Positions 17,787 through 26,643 are shown, counted from the first letter of the stretch. The stretch is DNA of 64,000 nt from an uncultured Verrucomicrobia subdivision 3 bacterium (GCA_903944085.1 CAJAQO010000215.1:984-64983); one strand, 5' to 3'. Numbers and translations are program-made. The notes: generated from the letters alone by a model not told the origin.

Positions 17787-18992
17787 ATGAACATCCACGA
17801 ATATCAGGCCAAACAGTTGCTTGCCAAATATGGCGTCACCGTCCCGTTTGAAATTCCCGCCAAGTCGCTCGCTGAAGTGCGGCCCGCAGCGGAGAAAATC
17901 GCCGCCAGCGGCAGCGCCAAGGTGGTCGTCAAATCGCAAATCCACGCGGGCGGCCGCGGCAAGGGCACATTCAAATCCGGTTTTCAAGGCGGCGTGAAAG
18001 TCGCCGGCTCAGTGGACGAAGCGGTGGGGTTCGCCGAAAAAATGTTCGGCCAAACATTGGTTACGAAACAAACCGGTGCAGACGGACGGCAAGTGCAGAC
18101 GTTGTTGCTCGCGGCGGGCGCAAAAATCAAAAAGGAATTTTATCTCGCCGTGCTGCTCAACCGCGAGACGTCGCGCCCGCTCATCATGGCCAGCACCGAG
18201 GGCGGCATGGACATCGAGGAAGTCGCCGCGAAGCATCCCGAAAAGATTTTCAAGGAAACCATTGATCCGGCGGTGGGCATCATGCCGTTTCAGGCGCGCA
18301 AAATTTCCGCTGCGCTTGGTCTCAAAGGCGATTTGTTCAACGCGGGCGTCAAGCTCATCACCGGCGTTTACAATACTTGGTGGGAATGCGACGCCTCGAT
18401 GGTCGAGCTGAATCCGCTCGCGGTGGTGGAACTCGCCGATGGCAAGGAAACGGTCATGGCGCTCGACGCAAAAATTTCGCTCGATGACAACGCGCTGTAT
18501 CGCCACAAGGATATTTTGGAAATGCGCGACTTGAACGAGGAAGCGCCGCTGGAAATCGAGGCGAGCAAATTTAATCTCAATTACATCAAGCTCGACGGCA
18601 GCATCGCGTGCCTCGTGAACGGCGCGGGCCTGGCGATGGCGACGATGGACATCATCCAGCATTGCGGCTCCAACCCGGCGAACTTTCTCGACGTGGGCGG
18701 CGGCGCGAGCAAGGAGCAGGTCACGGCGGCGTTCAAAATCATTTTGAGCGACCCGAATGTGAAAGGCATCCTCGTGAACATTTTCGGCGGCATCATGGAT
18801 TGCAACGTCATTGCCACCGGCATCGTCGCGGCGGTGAAGGAAACGGGCTTGAAACTCCCGCTCGTCGTCCGGCTGGAAGGCAACAACGTCGTCGCCGGCA
18901 AAAAAACTTTGGCTGAATCCGGCGTGGCGATCATCACCGGCGATTCGATGGCGGACGCGGCGCAAAAAGTGGTTAAGGCGGTTGGAAAATAA
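17787..18992 (+). CDS. sucC: Succinyl-CoA synthetase beta subunit
   Basis: [17 protein letters not shown]...; full-length 401 aa with [11 protein letters not shown] and [10 protein letters not shown] motifs. Confidence 0.95.
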   Translation: MNIHEYQAKQLLAKYGVTVPFEIPAKSLAEVRPAAEKIAASGSAKVVVKSQIHAGGRGKGTFKSGFQGGVKVAGSVDEAVGFAEKMFGQTLVTKQTGADGRQVQTLLLAAGAKIKKEFYLAVLLNRETSRPLIMASTEGGMDIEEVAAKHPEKIFKETIDPAVGIMPFQARKISAALGLKGDLFNAGVKLITGVYNTWWECDASMVELNPLAVVELADGKETVMALDAKISLDDNALYRHKDILEMRDLNEEAPLEIEASKFNLNYIKLDGSIACLVNGAGLAMATMDIIQHCGSNPANFLDVGGGASKEQVTAAFKIILSDPNVKGILVNIFGGIMDCNVIATGIVAAVKETGLKLPLVVRLEGNNVVAGKKTLAESGVAIITGDSMADAAQKVVKAVGK

Positions 18993-19676
18993 AATATTGA
19001 GCGTTTTATTTTCCGGTCCCGTGCGTCCGAAGATTTCGGGACCGAATTCGCGTGGTGATCGCTGTCCGAAGCTTATTGGGATGGACCGAATACCTTTCTC
19101 AACGCCACGACGGCCACGGCTTGCAAATTTACCGAGTCGGCAACCAACGTGGTTTCTTTCTAAGACTTCAGGGTATTCGGCCTTTCATCCAGCAGATTTT
19201 TTGAAGTAACTTTTTTCCTTTTAAGGCGATATCCCAAAGCCGCGCTGGGCCAAAGCGATCATCGCGTCAAAGTCAGCGAGTCTTACCAGATGCTCGGCGA
19301 GATTGACGAGGAACTTCGGCAGGCGCTCGGCTTGCACGGGCCAGGCACGATGTTCGGCTCCAAAAATGAAAGCGGAAACCGTTCATTTTATTTGCTGGCA
19401 CGCCAGTGCTGGTGCCGGGTGAATTCAACGTCACGCCCGCGCCCGACGGCGGCTGGCTCATTTATGCCGAAGGCGATGCCTGCGTGCCGTCCAGCGCGTG
19501 GATGCCGAAGGATGCTTTTTTTCGACGCGACCAACCGCCAGCCACCGCTCGACGAATCAAAATTTAATCCTGCCGACAATTGCGAGAAAATGAGTGTAAG
19601 CTGATAGAATGGGGAGCGCTGATGCTCCCCGAACTTGCGCCTCGCAGCAGGCGCTACATGATTAACAGTTTTGCCG

Positions 19677-21488
19677 TCAGGCGGCAGGCTGTTCTTTCTT
19701 CTGCACCTTCACTTCGAGGTAAAGATCGCGCAACTGCTTCGGCGAAACCTGCGATGGCGAGTCGGTCATCAGGCAGGTGCCTTTCGCGGTTTTCGGGAAA
19801 GCAATGACGTCGCGGATGCTGGACGTGCCGCAGAGAATCGCGATGAGGCGGTCGAAGCCGAGTGCGATGCCGCCGTGCGGCGGCGCTCCATACTTGAAGG
19901 CATCTAGCATGTAGCCGAAACGCAGTTTCGTTTCTTCCGGCGGAATGGCGAGCAGTTCCTCAAAAATGGTTTTCTGCACATCGGGCTGGTGAATACGAAT
20001 GGAGCCGCCGCCGAGTTCCACACCGTTCACAACCACGTCGTAGTGTTGGCCGCGGACTTTCTTCGGGTCGGTCTTGAGCAGCGGAATATCTTCCGTGACC
20101 GGCGCGGTGAACGGATGATGGCTGGAATACCAACGGTTCTGTTCGCGATCGAAACCGAGCAGCGGAAATTCGATCACCCACAAAAAATTAAATTGATGCG
20201 GATCAATTGTTAGTTTGCCTTGCATCTTCAACACGTCGGCGCAATACAAACGAATCTTTCCCAGAATTTCGCAGGCGTTCAGCCACTGGTCGGCGGCGAA
20301 CAATATCAAATCGCCTTCTTCAATTTTCAGTTTGGAAGTCAGCGCGGCTTTTTCCGCTTCGCTGAAAAATTTCACGATCGGCGATTTCCATTCGCCTTTT
20401 TCCACCTTGATGAAGGCGAGTCCTTTCGCGCCGAAGCTCTTGGCGTATTCGGTCATCGTTTCGATCTGGCCTTGCGTCGCGCCGGCGAGGCCTTTGGCAT
20501 TGAGCGCTTTCACGACGCCGCCGTTGGCAATCGTGCCGCTGAAAACCTTGAACGTGCTCGCGCGAAAATCTTCCGTCATGTCCACCAACTCCATTGCAAA
20601 GCGCGTGTCCGGCTTGTCAATGCCGTAGCGGTTCAGCGCTTCCTCAAAGCTGATGCGCTTGAACGGCGTCGGCACGTCAATGTTCAGCGCCGTTTTCCAG
20701 ACGCGTTTGAGCAGGCCTTCGATGAGCGCGTAAATGTCTTCGCGGTCAATGAAGCTCATCTCGATGTCCACCTGCGTGAATTCCGGCTGGCGGTCGGCGC
20801 GCAAATCTTCGTCGCGATAGCAGCGCGCCAGTTGAAAATATTTTTCCACGCCGGCGACCATCAGGATTTGTTTGAACTGCTGCGGCGATTGCGGCAGCGC
20901 GTAAAACGTCCCCGGCTCGCGGCGGTTCGGCACGAGAAATTCCCGCGCGCCCTCGGGCGTGGACTTGAACAGCGTCGGCGTCTCAACTTCTAGAAAACCT
21001 TGTTCGTCCATATAACTGCGCGTGGCGATGGCGACTTTGCTGCGCACTTTCAAATTGCGCGCCATTTCGGGCCGGCGCAAATCGAGGTAGCGATATTGCA
21101 GGCGCAATTCCTCGTTCACCTTGTTGGCGATTTCAGGATCGTCCACCGGAAATGGCAGCACTTCCGCCATGTTCAAGACTTCGAGCGCGCTGACGCCGAC
21201 TTCAATTTCCCCGGTGGGAATCTTGGCGTTATTCGTGCCGGCGGGACGCGCCCGGACTTTGCCAGTGATGCTGACAACGCATTCGCTGCGCAATGCCGCA
21301 GCTTGGTCAAAAAGCTCCTTCGTCAAATCCGACGGATCGAAAACCGTCTGCGTGCGGCCTTCGCGGTCGCGGATGTCAATGAAGATGAGGCCGCCGAGAT
21401 CGCGGCGGGAATGAACCCAGCCGGACAGCGTGACGGTTTGGCCGATGTGCGCCGGGCGCAGTTCGTTGCAATGATGCGTGCGTTTCAT
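19677..21488 (-). CDS. aspS: Aspartyl-tRNA synthetase
   Basis: MKRTHHCNELRPAHIGQTVTLSGWVHSRRDLGGLIFIDIRDREG..., FYALPQSPQQFKQ, class II motifs. Start set at ATG 21488, not the tracked 21620. Confidence 0.93.
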   Translation of the reverse strand: MKRTHHCNELRPAHIGQTVTLSGWVHSRRDLGGLIFIDIRDREGRTQTVFDPSDLTKELFDQAAALRSECVVSITGKVRARPAGTNNAKIPTGEIEVGVSALEVLNMAEVLPFPVDDPEIANKVNEELRLQYRYLDLRRPEMARNLKVRSKVAIATRSYMDEQGFLEVETPTLFKSTPEGAREFLVPNRREPGTFYALPQSPQQFKQILMVAGVEKYFQLARCYRDEDLRADRQPEFTQVDIEMSFIDREDIYALIEGLLKRVWKTALNIDVPTPFKRISFEEALNRYGIDKPDTRFAMELVDMTEDFRASTFKVFSGTIANGGVVKALNAKGLAGATQGQIETMTEYAKSFGAKGLAFIKVEKGEWKSPIVKFFSEAEKAALTSKLKIEEGDLILFAADQWLNACEILGKIRLYCADVLKMQGKLTIDPHQFNFLWVIEFPLLGFDREQNRWYSSHHPFTAPVTEDIPLLKTDPKKVRGQHYDVVVNGVELGGGSIRIHQPDVQKTIFEELLAIPPEETKLRFGYMLDAFKYGAPPHGGIALGFDRLIAILCGTSSIRDVIAFPKTAKGTCLMTDSPSQVSPKQLRDLYLEVKVQKKEQPAA

Positions 21489-21642
21489 GTTTAAAAATGC
21501 GGATTGCGGAATTCGGATTGCGGAATTCGAAACCCAAAGCGAACGCAGATTGTGGCGGCGAAACGGTCGGAATTCAAAGAGTTTTTTAGGCGTAAGAATT
21601 TCCCCGCTCGCCACGCGCAAAAAAATTAACTAGCCTTGTCCG

Positions 21643-22590
21643 ATGACGGTGTTGCCCAAACCTGAAGTCATCATCACCCACGAAAGCGATCTGGACGGTT
21701 TTCTCGCCGGCTCGCTGCTGCAACGGCTGGCCAAACATCTGTTTGGCACAGACGTGCGGCTCGAAGCGTTTCATTATAATTATTGGAAGCAGCGCGACCT
21801 CCGCGAAAAAGCCGCCTGGGTCACGGACTTCACTTTCGAGCCGCGCATGGACAAGCCGGATTGGGTGGTGGTGGATCATCACGTCACCGACGCCAAACCG
21901 CAAAAGGCGCAGCTCATCCACGACGTGACCAAATCCGCCGGGCTGCTCGCCTATGAACTTTGCCAGCAGCACGGACTCGGTTCGCCCGCGCTGGATCGGC
22001 TGGTGCATTTGAACGACGTCGCGGATTTATTTTTGGAGGCCGACCCGGATTTCGCCGTCGCGGGCGATTACGCGAGCTTGGTGAAAATTTACCAGTTCTG
22101 GAATTTGCACACGCTGCTCGGCGGCGACATCGAGAAACTGCTGGACCATCCGCTGCTCGAAGTGATGGCGGTGAAACGCCGCGTGGAAGATCCCATCGGC
22201 CTGGAATGGAGCAAAAAGCACATCGCCGAAATTTCGCCGGCGGTCGGCTTCGTGGACACGATTGTCGGCAGCAGCAACCAGATCGTGCATCAACTGCTGG
22301 AAAGCGGCGCGACGAAATATCCGGTGCTGGTGACGCTGTTCCGGCGGTCGAACTCAATTTTTGCCAGCTTCCGCAGCCGCAACGGCGACGCGCTGAAAAT
22401 CGCGGCGAAATTTCAGGGCGGCGGACACGCCAATGCCGCCGGCGCCATTCTGCCCAAATCCGTCCGCACGATTGAGGACGGCATTGATTTTCTGCGCGAG
22501 ATGCTGAACCCGAAGCTGCCGGCGAAAACCGAGGCGAGCTTGAACAGTTTGGAAAGTTTGTTCGCCGGGCTGGAATTGGGGAAAAAGTGA
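21643..22590 (+). CDS. DHH/DHHA1 family phosphoesterase (NrnA-like)
   Basis: THESDLDG, VVVDHHVTD, GGGHANAAGA. Confidence 0.8.
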   Translation: MTVLPKPEVIITHESDLDGFLAGSLLQRLAKHLFGTDVRLEAFHYNYWKQRDLREKAAWVTDFTFEPRMDKPDWVVVDHHVTDAKPQKAQLIHDVTKSAGLLAYELCQQHGLGSPALDRLVHLNDVADLFLEADPDFAVAGDYASLVKIYQFWNLHTLLGGDIEKLLDHPLLEVMAVKRRVEDPIGLEWSKKHIAEISPAVGFVDTIVGSSNQIVHQLLESGATKYPVLVTLFRRSNSIFASFRSRNGDALKIAAKFQGGGHANAAGAILPKSVRTIEDGIDFLREMLNPKLPAKTEASLNSLESLFAGLELGKK

Positions 22591-22770
22591 CGGGCGGAAG
22601 CAACATTGCCGCCTTTGTTGCCGCCTTTGCAAAAATGAAACCGGCACGCCATTTTCACTGAAAATTATGCTGGACAGTTTTTTACGTCCGGCACAAGCTC
22701 GGATTCATGAAACTTGATAGGCCACAAAAACTGGGGTCTAATTATTGTTAGACGGCTCGGCCATATCACG

Positions 22771-23412
22771 ATGCGCAAGATGCAAAATATGAGATGGTGT
22801 CTGGCAACTCTTTGCGTTGGGATATTGCTGGCTGGATGTAACAAAGAGCCACCATTCGTTGAAAGCAAGGAGGCGGTGCTGCGACTTCCAGCATCCACAG
22901 AAAATATATGGGCGCGCTCATTGCGAGATGAAGATTTAGCGTCACTTAGCCACTTACCACAAGTGAGTGACATAGACTTTGTAGCAGGTTGGAAGGATGC
23001 CAGCGCTCCCGTCAGATTTTCCGATGCCGGGCTGGCTACGCTGGCGTCTTTGGAGCTTCCACATTTGACGACCTTATTTATCGGCCATTGCACCAATGTT
23101 ACGGATGCGAGCCTCGCCTACATTGGCAAAATGAAGGCAGTCACTTTTCTCGGTCTTATCGCCTGTCCTCGGATTACTGATGTTGGATTGCAGACATTGG
23201 CTGACATGCCAAATTTGACAGAGCTGGATTTGAGAGGATGCACAAACATTACTGACAAGGGCTTGCAGTATTTGGAGACGAAGAGCAATTGGCAAAGGAT
23301 TGAGTTTGGAGGATGCACACAAGTTTCATTTGAATCGGTTGCAAAACTACAGCAGCATTTTCCAAATGCCAAAATCAAACGAGACGACCAAGAATGGAGT
23401 TACGAACAATGA
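22771..23412 (+). CDS. Lipoprotein with cysteine-containing leucine-rich repeats (LRR_CC / F-box-LRR-like)
   Basis: Lipobox LCVGILLAGC. Repeats L..L.I.GHCTNVTDASLAYI, GLIACPRITDVGLQTL, LDLRGCTNITDKGLQYL, GGCTQVSFESV. The gene is visibly AT-richer than its neighbours. Start at ATG 22771 or 22789. Confidence 0.7.
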   Translation: MRKMQNMRWCLATLCVGILLAGCNKEPPFVESKEAVLRLPASTENIWARSLRDEDLASLSHLPQVSDIDFVAGWKDASAPVRFSDAGLATLASLELPHLTTLFIGHCTNVTDASLAYIGKMKAVTFLGLIACPRITDVGLQTLADMPNLTELDLRGCTNITDKGLQYLETKSNWQRIEFGGCTQVSFESVAKLQQHFPNAKIKRDDQEWSYEQ

Positions 23413-23485
23413 CGCCGCCTAACAGACTGATAGGCTGCAAACACCAAAACGGATCAGGGAGCGGCTTCAGCTTCGCAGGTTTTGA

Positions 23486-23737
23486 GACCGGTGCGCTGGT
23501 GCCGGCGTTTTGAGCAGGCTGTCCGCCGACCTGTGCAGCCTGTTTTCGGACCTGTGCAGCCCGTTCGCGGACCTGTGCATCACGTCCGCCGACTTGTGCA
23601 GCCGGTTCTCCGACTTGTGCAGGGTGTTTTTCGACTTGTGCAGCCTGTCCGCTGACTTGTGCAGCGCGTGCGCCGATTTGGGCAGGTTGTCCGGCCACCG
23701 GTGCAGGGCTTCCGCCGATTGGTGCCGGATTTTTGGC
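23486..23737. repeat. 21-bp tandem repeat array, about 12 units. 13-nt core GACYTGTGCAGCC plus 8 variable nt
   Basis: Best units are at 23528, 23549, 23570, 23591, 23612, 23633 and 23654 (exact 21-nt phasing), decaying toward both ends. The array lies in the 427-nt spacer between the LRR gene and rph. Confidence 0.9.
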
Positions 23738-23839
23738 AGATGCAACGGCCGCTGAACCGGCCGGCGGCCGGCGCCAAAAATCGCCGCACTTGGTTTTCCT
23801 CGTTGCCCGCAGGCGCGGTTGAAGTTTAAAATAGCGCCC

Positions 23840-24577
23840 ATGTCTGAATCCATCCGCGCCGACGGGCGCGCCGCCAACCAGCTTCGCCCGCTGCGTTTTC
23901 AAAACCATATCGCGCCGCACGCCGCCGGCTCCACGCTCATCGAATGGGGCAACACCCGCGTCATCTGCGGCGTGACCATCGAGGAAACTGTCCCGCGCTG
24001 GATGAAGGAACAAAAAGTCGAGGGCGGCTGGATCACCGCCGAATACTCGATGCTCCCCTACTCCACCTTGACGCGCAAGCCGCGCGATATTTCCAAGGGC
24101 AAGCTCGACGGCCGGTCGTCGGAAATCCAACGGCTCATCGGCCGCTCCATCCGCGCGGCGATTGACCTGGAAAAAATCGGCGCGCGCACCATCTGCGTGG
24201 ACTGCGATGTGTTGCAAGCTGACGGCGGCACGCGCACGGCGGCGATCACGGGATCGTTCGTCGCGCTGTCGCTCGCGGTGAACAAGCTGATCGCGGAGAA
24301 AAAAATTTCCGAAAGCCCGATCCTTTCCGGCATCGCGGCCGTGAGCGTCGGCATCGTCAACGGCACGGCGCTGCTGGATTTGTGCTACACCGAGGATGTG
24401 GGCGCGGCGGTGGACATGAATCTGGTGCTGAATTCGCGCGGCGAATTCATCGAGCTGCAAGGCACCGGCGAGGAAGCCACTTTCACCGACACGCAACTCG
24501 CCGAACTGCTCGCGCTCGGCAAGGCCGGCGTCCGCGAACTGCTCGCGGCGCAACAAAACGCCATCACGCAAGGCTGA
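23840..24577 (+). CDS. rph: Ribonuclease PH
   Basis: MSESIRADGRAANQLRPLRF...GSTLIEWGNTRVICGVT...GWITAEYSMLPYST..R; start at ATG 23840. Confidence 0.93.
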   Translation: MSESIRADGRAANQLRPLRFQNHIAPHAAGSTLIEWGNTRVICGVTIEETVPRWMKEQKVEGGWITAEYSMLPYSTLTRKPRDISKGKLDGRSSEIQRLIGRSIRAAIDLEKIGARTICVDCDVLQADGGTRTAAITGSFVALSLAVNKLIAEKKISESPILSGIAAVSVGIVNGTALLDLCYTEDVGAAVDMNLVLNSRGEFIELQGTGEEATFTDTQLAELLALGKAGVRELLAAQQNAITQG

Positions 24578-24580
24578 TTC

Positions 24581-25237
24581 ATGGCTGCCAAAAAACGGCG
24601 CATCCTTTCCGCCACGCCGCCCGCCACGCGGCTGCTGCTCATCCGCCACGGCGAAGTCGAGGCGCGGTATCAGGGCATTTTCGGCGGGCGCATTGACATG
24701 AATCTTTCGCCGCGCGGCAAACGGCAGGCGAAAATTCTGGCCGATTATCTGCGGGAAAAAACCATTGACGCGATCTACGCCAGCCCGATGAAGCGCGTCC
24801 AGCAGACGCTGGCGCCGACGCTCAAACGCAACCGCCTCCGGCAAACGGTTCTTCCCGGGCTGCGCGAGGTTGATTTCGGCGACTGGACCGGCCTGAACTG
24901 GGAAGCCGTGCGCGATAAATTTAATTTTGCCGTGCATGAATGGCTCGATCAAATTGAAAAACCCGGCGCGCCCAACGGCGAAAGCGGAGAACATTTCCGC
25001 GCCCGCGTGGAGCCGTGCCTGCGCGAAATCATCGAAAACCATCGCGGGCAAAACGTCGCCATTTTCTGTCACGGCGGCGTCATCCGCATGCTGCTGGCCA
25101 TTTTGATTGATCTGCCGCTGCCGAAAACCAACGCGTTTGAGGTGGAATACGCCAGCATCACGCAGGTGGCACTGCATCCGCACATGGCGGAAATCGAGCT
25201 GCTGAATTTTACGCCGTGGCGCGATCTCATTGGATGA
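24581..25237 (+). CDS. Histidine phosphatase (phosphoglycerate mutase-like) family protein
   Basis: LLLIRHGEVE (RHG motif), CHGGVIR. Confidence 0.8.
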   Translation: MAAKKRRILSATPPATRLLLIRHGEVEARYQGIFGGRIDMNLSPRGKRQAKILADYLREKTIDAIYASPMKRVQQTLAPTLKRNRLRQTVLPGLREVDFGDWTGLNWEAVRDKFNFAVHEWLDQIEKPGAPNGESGEHFRARVEPCLREIIENHRGQNVAIFCHGGVIRMLLAILIDLPLPKTNAFEVEYASITQVALHPHMAEIELLNFTPWRDLIG

Positions 25238-26147
25238 ATCCATGAAAAAACCAAAACCACTCTGGCGGGTTTCCGTGGTCACGACGCTCGAAGCCGAGGA
25301 CGCCGTCGGGGAATTGCTGGCGTCAGTTTTCAGTCTCGCAGCGGCGTCTTATTATGATTTGGAAAAACAAGTGAGCTTGGTCAGCGTTTTTATCGAACAG
25401 GGAAAATTTTCACCCGCCGGCGCGCGCCGGGAAATTGCCGCCGGATTGCAGCGCATCGCCGGCTTTGGCTTGAGCCTTGGCGCGGGCAAAATTGAAATCG
25501 CGAAGGTGAAGCGCGAAGATTGGGCGGAATCGTGGAAGCGGCATTTTCATCCAATCGAAATCGGCAAAACTTTGCTGGTCAAGCCGAGTTGGAGCAAAAA
25601 ATCCCCGGCGAAAAACCAGGCCGTCGTCATTCTCGACCCCGGTCTGAGCTTCGGCACCGGCCAGCATCCGACGACTTCGTTTTGTCTGCAACAAATCACG
25701 CGCCATCGCAAAAACGGGACACAGCCGTCATCGTTTCTGGACATCGGCACCGGCTCCGGAATTCTGGCGATTGCGGCGGCCAAGCTGGGCTGCCAACCGG
25801 TCCACGCGTTTGATTTCGATCCGGCATCCGTCCGCGTGGCGAAGGAAAATCTGCGGAAGAATCGCGTCACCGGCCAGGTAAAATTATGGCGTGCCGACGT
25901 GACCAAACTGCCGCTGAAACCCGCGCGCCAGTTTGACCTGGTCTGCGCCAATTTAATTTCCAATTTGCTAATTGCCGAGCGGTGGCGGATTGTAAACCGG
26001 TTGCAGCCCGGCGGCACCTTGGTTTTGGCCGGGATTTTGGCGGTGGAATTTACTGAAGTGGAGCGGGCGTTTGCCGATTTAGGATTAAAGCTGACGGCCA
26101 GCCGGGTGGAAAACGAATGGCGTTCTGGCGCTTTTTGTTTTGTCTGA
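25230..26147 (+). CDS. prmA: Ribosomal protein L11 methyltransferase
   Basis: WKRHFHPIEIGKTLLVKPSW, ILDPGLSFGTGQHPTT, FLDIGTGSGILAIAAAKLG; start may be ATG 25242. Confidence 0.88.
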   Translation: MDESMKKPKPLWRVSVVTTLEAEDAVGELLASVFSLAAASYYDLEKQVSLVSVFIEQGKFSPAGARREIAAGLQRIAGFGLSLGAGKIEIAKVKREDWAESWKRHFHPIEIGKTLLVKPSWSKKSPAKNQAVVILDPGLSFGTGQHPTTSFCLQQITRHRKNGTQPSSFLDIGTGSGILAIAAAKLGCQPVHAFDFDPASVRVAKENLRKNRVTGQVKLWRADVTKLPLKPARQFDLVCANLISNLLIAERWRIVNRLQPGGTLVLAGILAVEFTEVERAFADLGLKLTASRVENEWRSGAFCFV

Positions 26148-26162
26148 AAAAATTTGAACAGC

Positions 26163-26191
26163 TTGACCGGGGCTGTGGTCAGAGTTATTAA
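26163..26191 (+). promoter_or_regulatory. Sigma70-like promoter TTGACC-17 nt-TATTAA
   Basis: gcTTGACCggggctgtggtcagagtTATTAAcg, about 80 nt upstream of the small ORF at 26272. Confidence 0.5.
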
Positions 26192-26271
26192 CGATTTCAA
26201 GTAGTTTTTGGAATCAAGTCGGTTGGCATCTTTTACGCTGACCGTCTGTCGTCTGACGAAAGGTAAATGTT

Positions 26272-26436
26272 ATGATGAAAACACTCGAAGTAATGGGCGA
26301 AGCGATTCGCAACCCAAAGCATCCGTTCCGCAAGGCGGAACATCATTCCAAAAAGTCGCACAAGAACCGGCATGAGCGGCGCAAAATCAGGGAATATCTT
26401 CAACTCGGCGACTGGATGTCCGAGGAAATGGCTTGA
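26272..26436 (+). CDS. Small (54 aa) highly basic hypothetical protein
   Basis: Below the ORF-track size cutoff. MMKTLEVMGEAIRNPKHPFRKAEHHSKKSHKNRHERRKIREYLQLGDWMSEEMA. gaaagg lies 7-8 nt upstream of the ATG. It has its own promoter-like and terminator signals. Confidence 0.55.
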   Translation: MMKTLEVMGEAIRNPKHPFRKAEHHSKKSHKNRHERRKIREYLQLGDWMSEEMA

Positions 26437-26442
26437 ACCGAC

Positions 26443-26472
26443 GGCGGCGATTGTTTCGCCGCCTTTTCATTT
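26443..26472 (+). terminator. Intrinsic terminator
   Basis: GGCGGCGA-TTGTT-TCGCCGCC followed by TTTTCATTT, 7 nt after the small-ORF stop. Confidence 0.8.
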
Positions 26473-26643
26473 CCGGCCGCCGGGGCCGAGACCGAAACTT
26501 GAGTCGGAACAACCGACTTTGAAGGCAATTTCTTCCCCGGTTGAAAATTTGTTACCGGGAAGTAGTGGACGGCGGTTTTAAGGCGGCGAAATTTTCGACA
26601 GAGAACCGGCCACCAACAGCAGCGGTTTGGCCTTTGGTGGAGT

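Noticed and set aside
18982-19209. 75-aa ORF directly after sucC as a candidate sucD start
   Set aside because: The sequence ([21 protein letters not shown]...) has no similarity to the SucD N-terminus, is Arg/Pro-rich and ends after 75 codons. It is treated as non-coding.
19611-19630. Hairpin GGGGAGC-n6-GCTCCCC 47 nt downstream of aspS as an intrinsic terminator
   Set aside because: A 7-bp GC stem is present, but on the aspS strand it is followed by ATTCTATC, not a U-tract. It may still act as a stabiliser or a Rho-dependent site, so it is not annotated.
23486-23737. Possible CRISPR array
   Set aside because: The period is only 21 bp (13-nt core plus 8-nt variable part), far below CRISPR repeat and spacer sizes. 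The units decay gradually at both ends like a satellite or iteron array, and no cas genes are nearby.
23375-25282. 635-aa ORF on the minus strand, the longest ORF in this region
   Set aside because: It is antisense to rph and the histidine phosphatase gene, both of which have clear family motifs on the plus strand. It is Arg/Ala/Gly-rich, typical of shadow frames in high-GC DNA. Only its extreme 3' part (the repeat array) is discussed separately.
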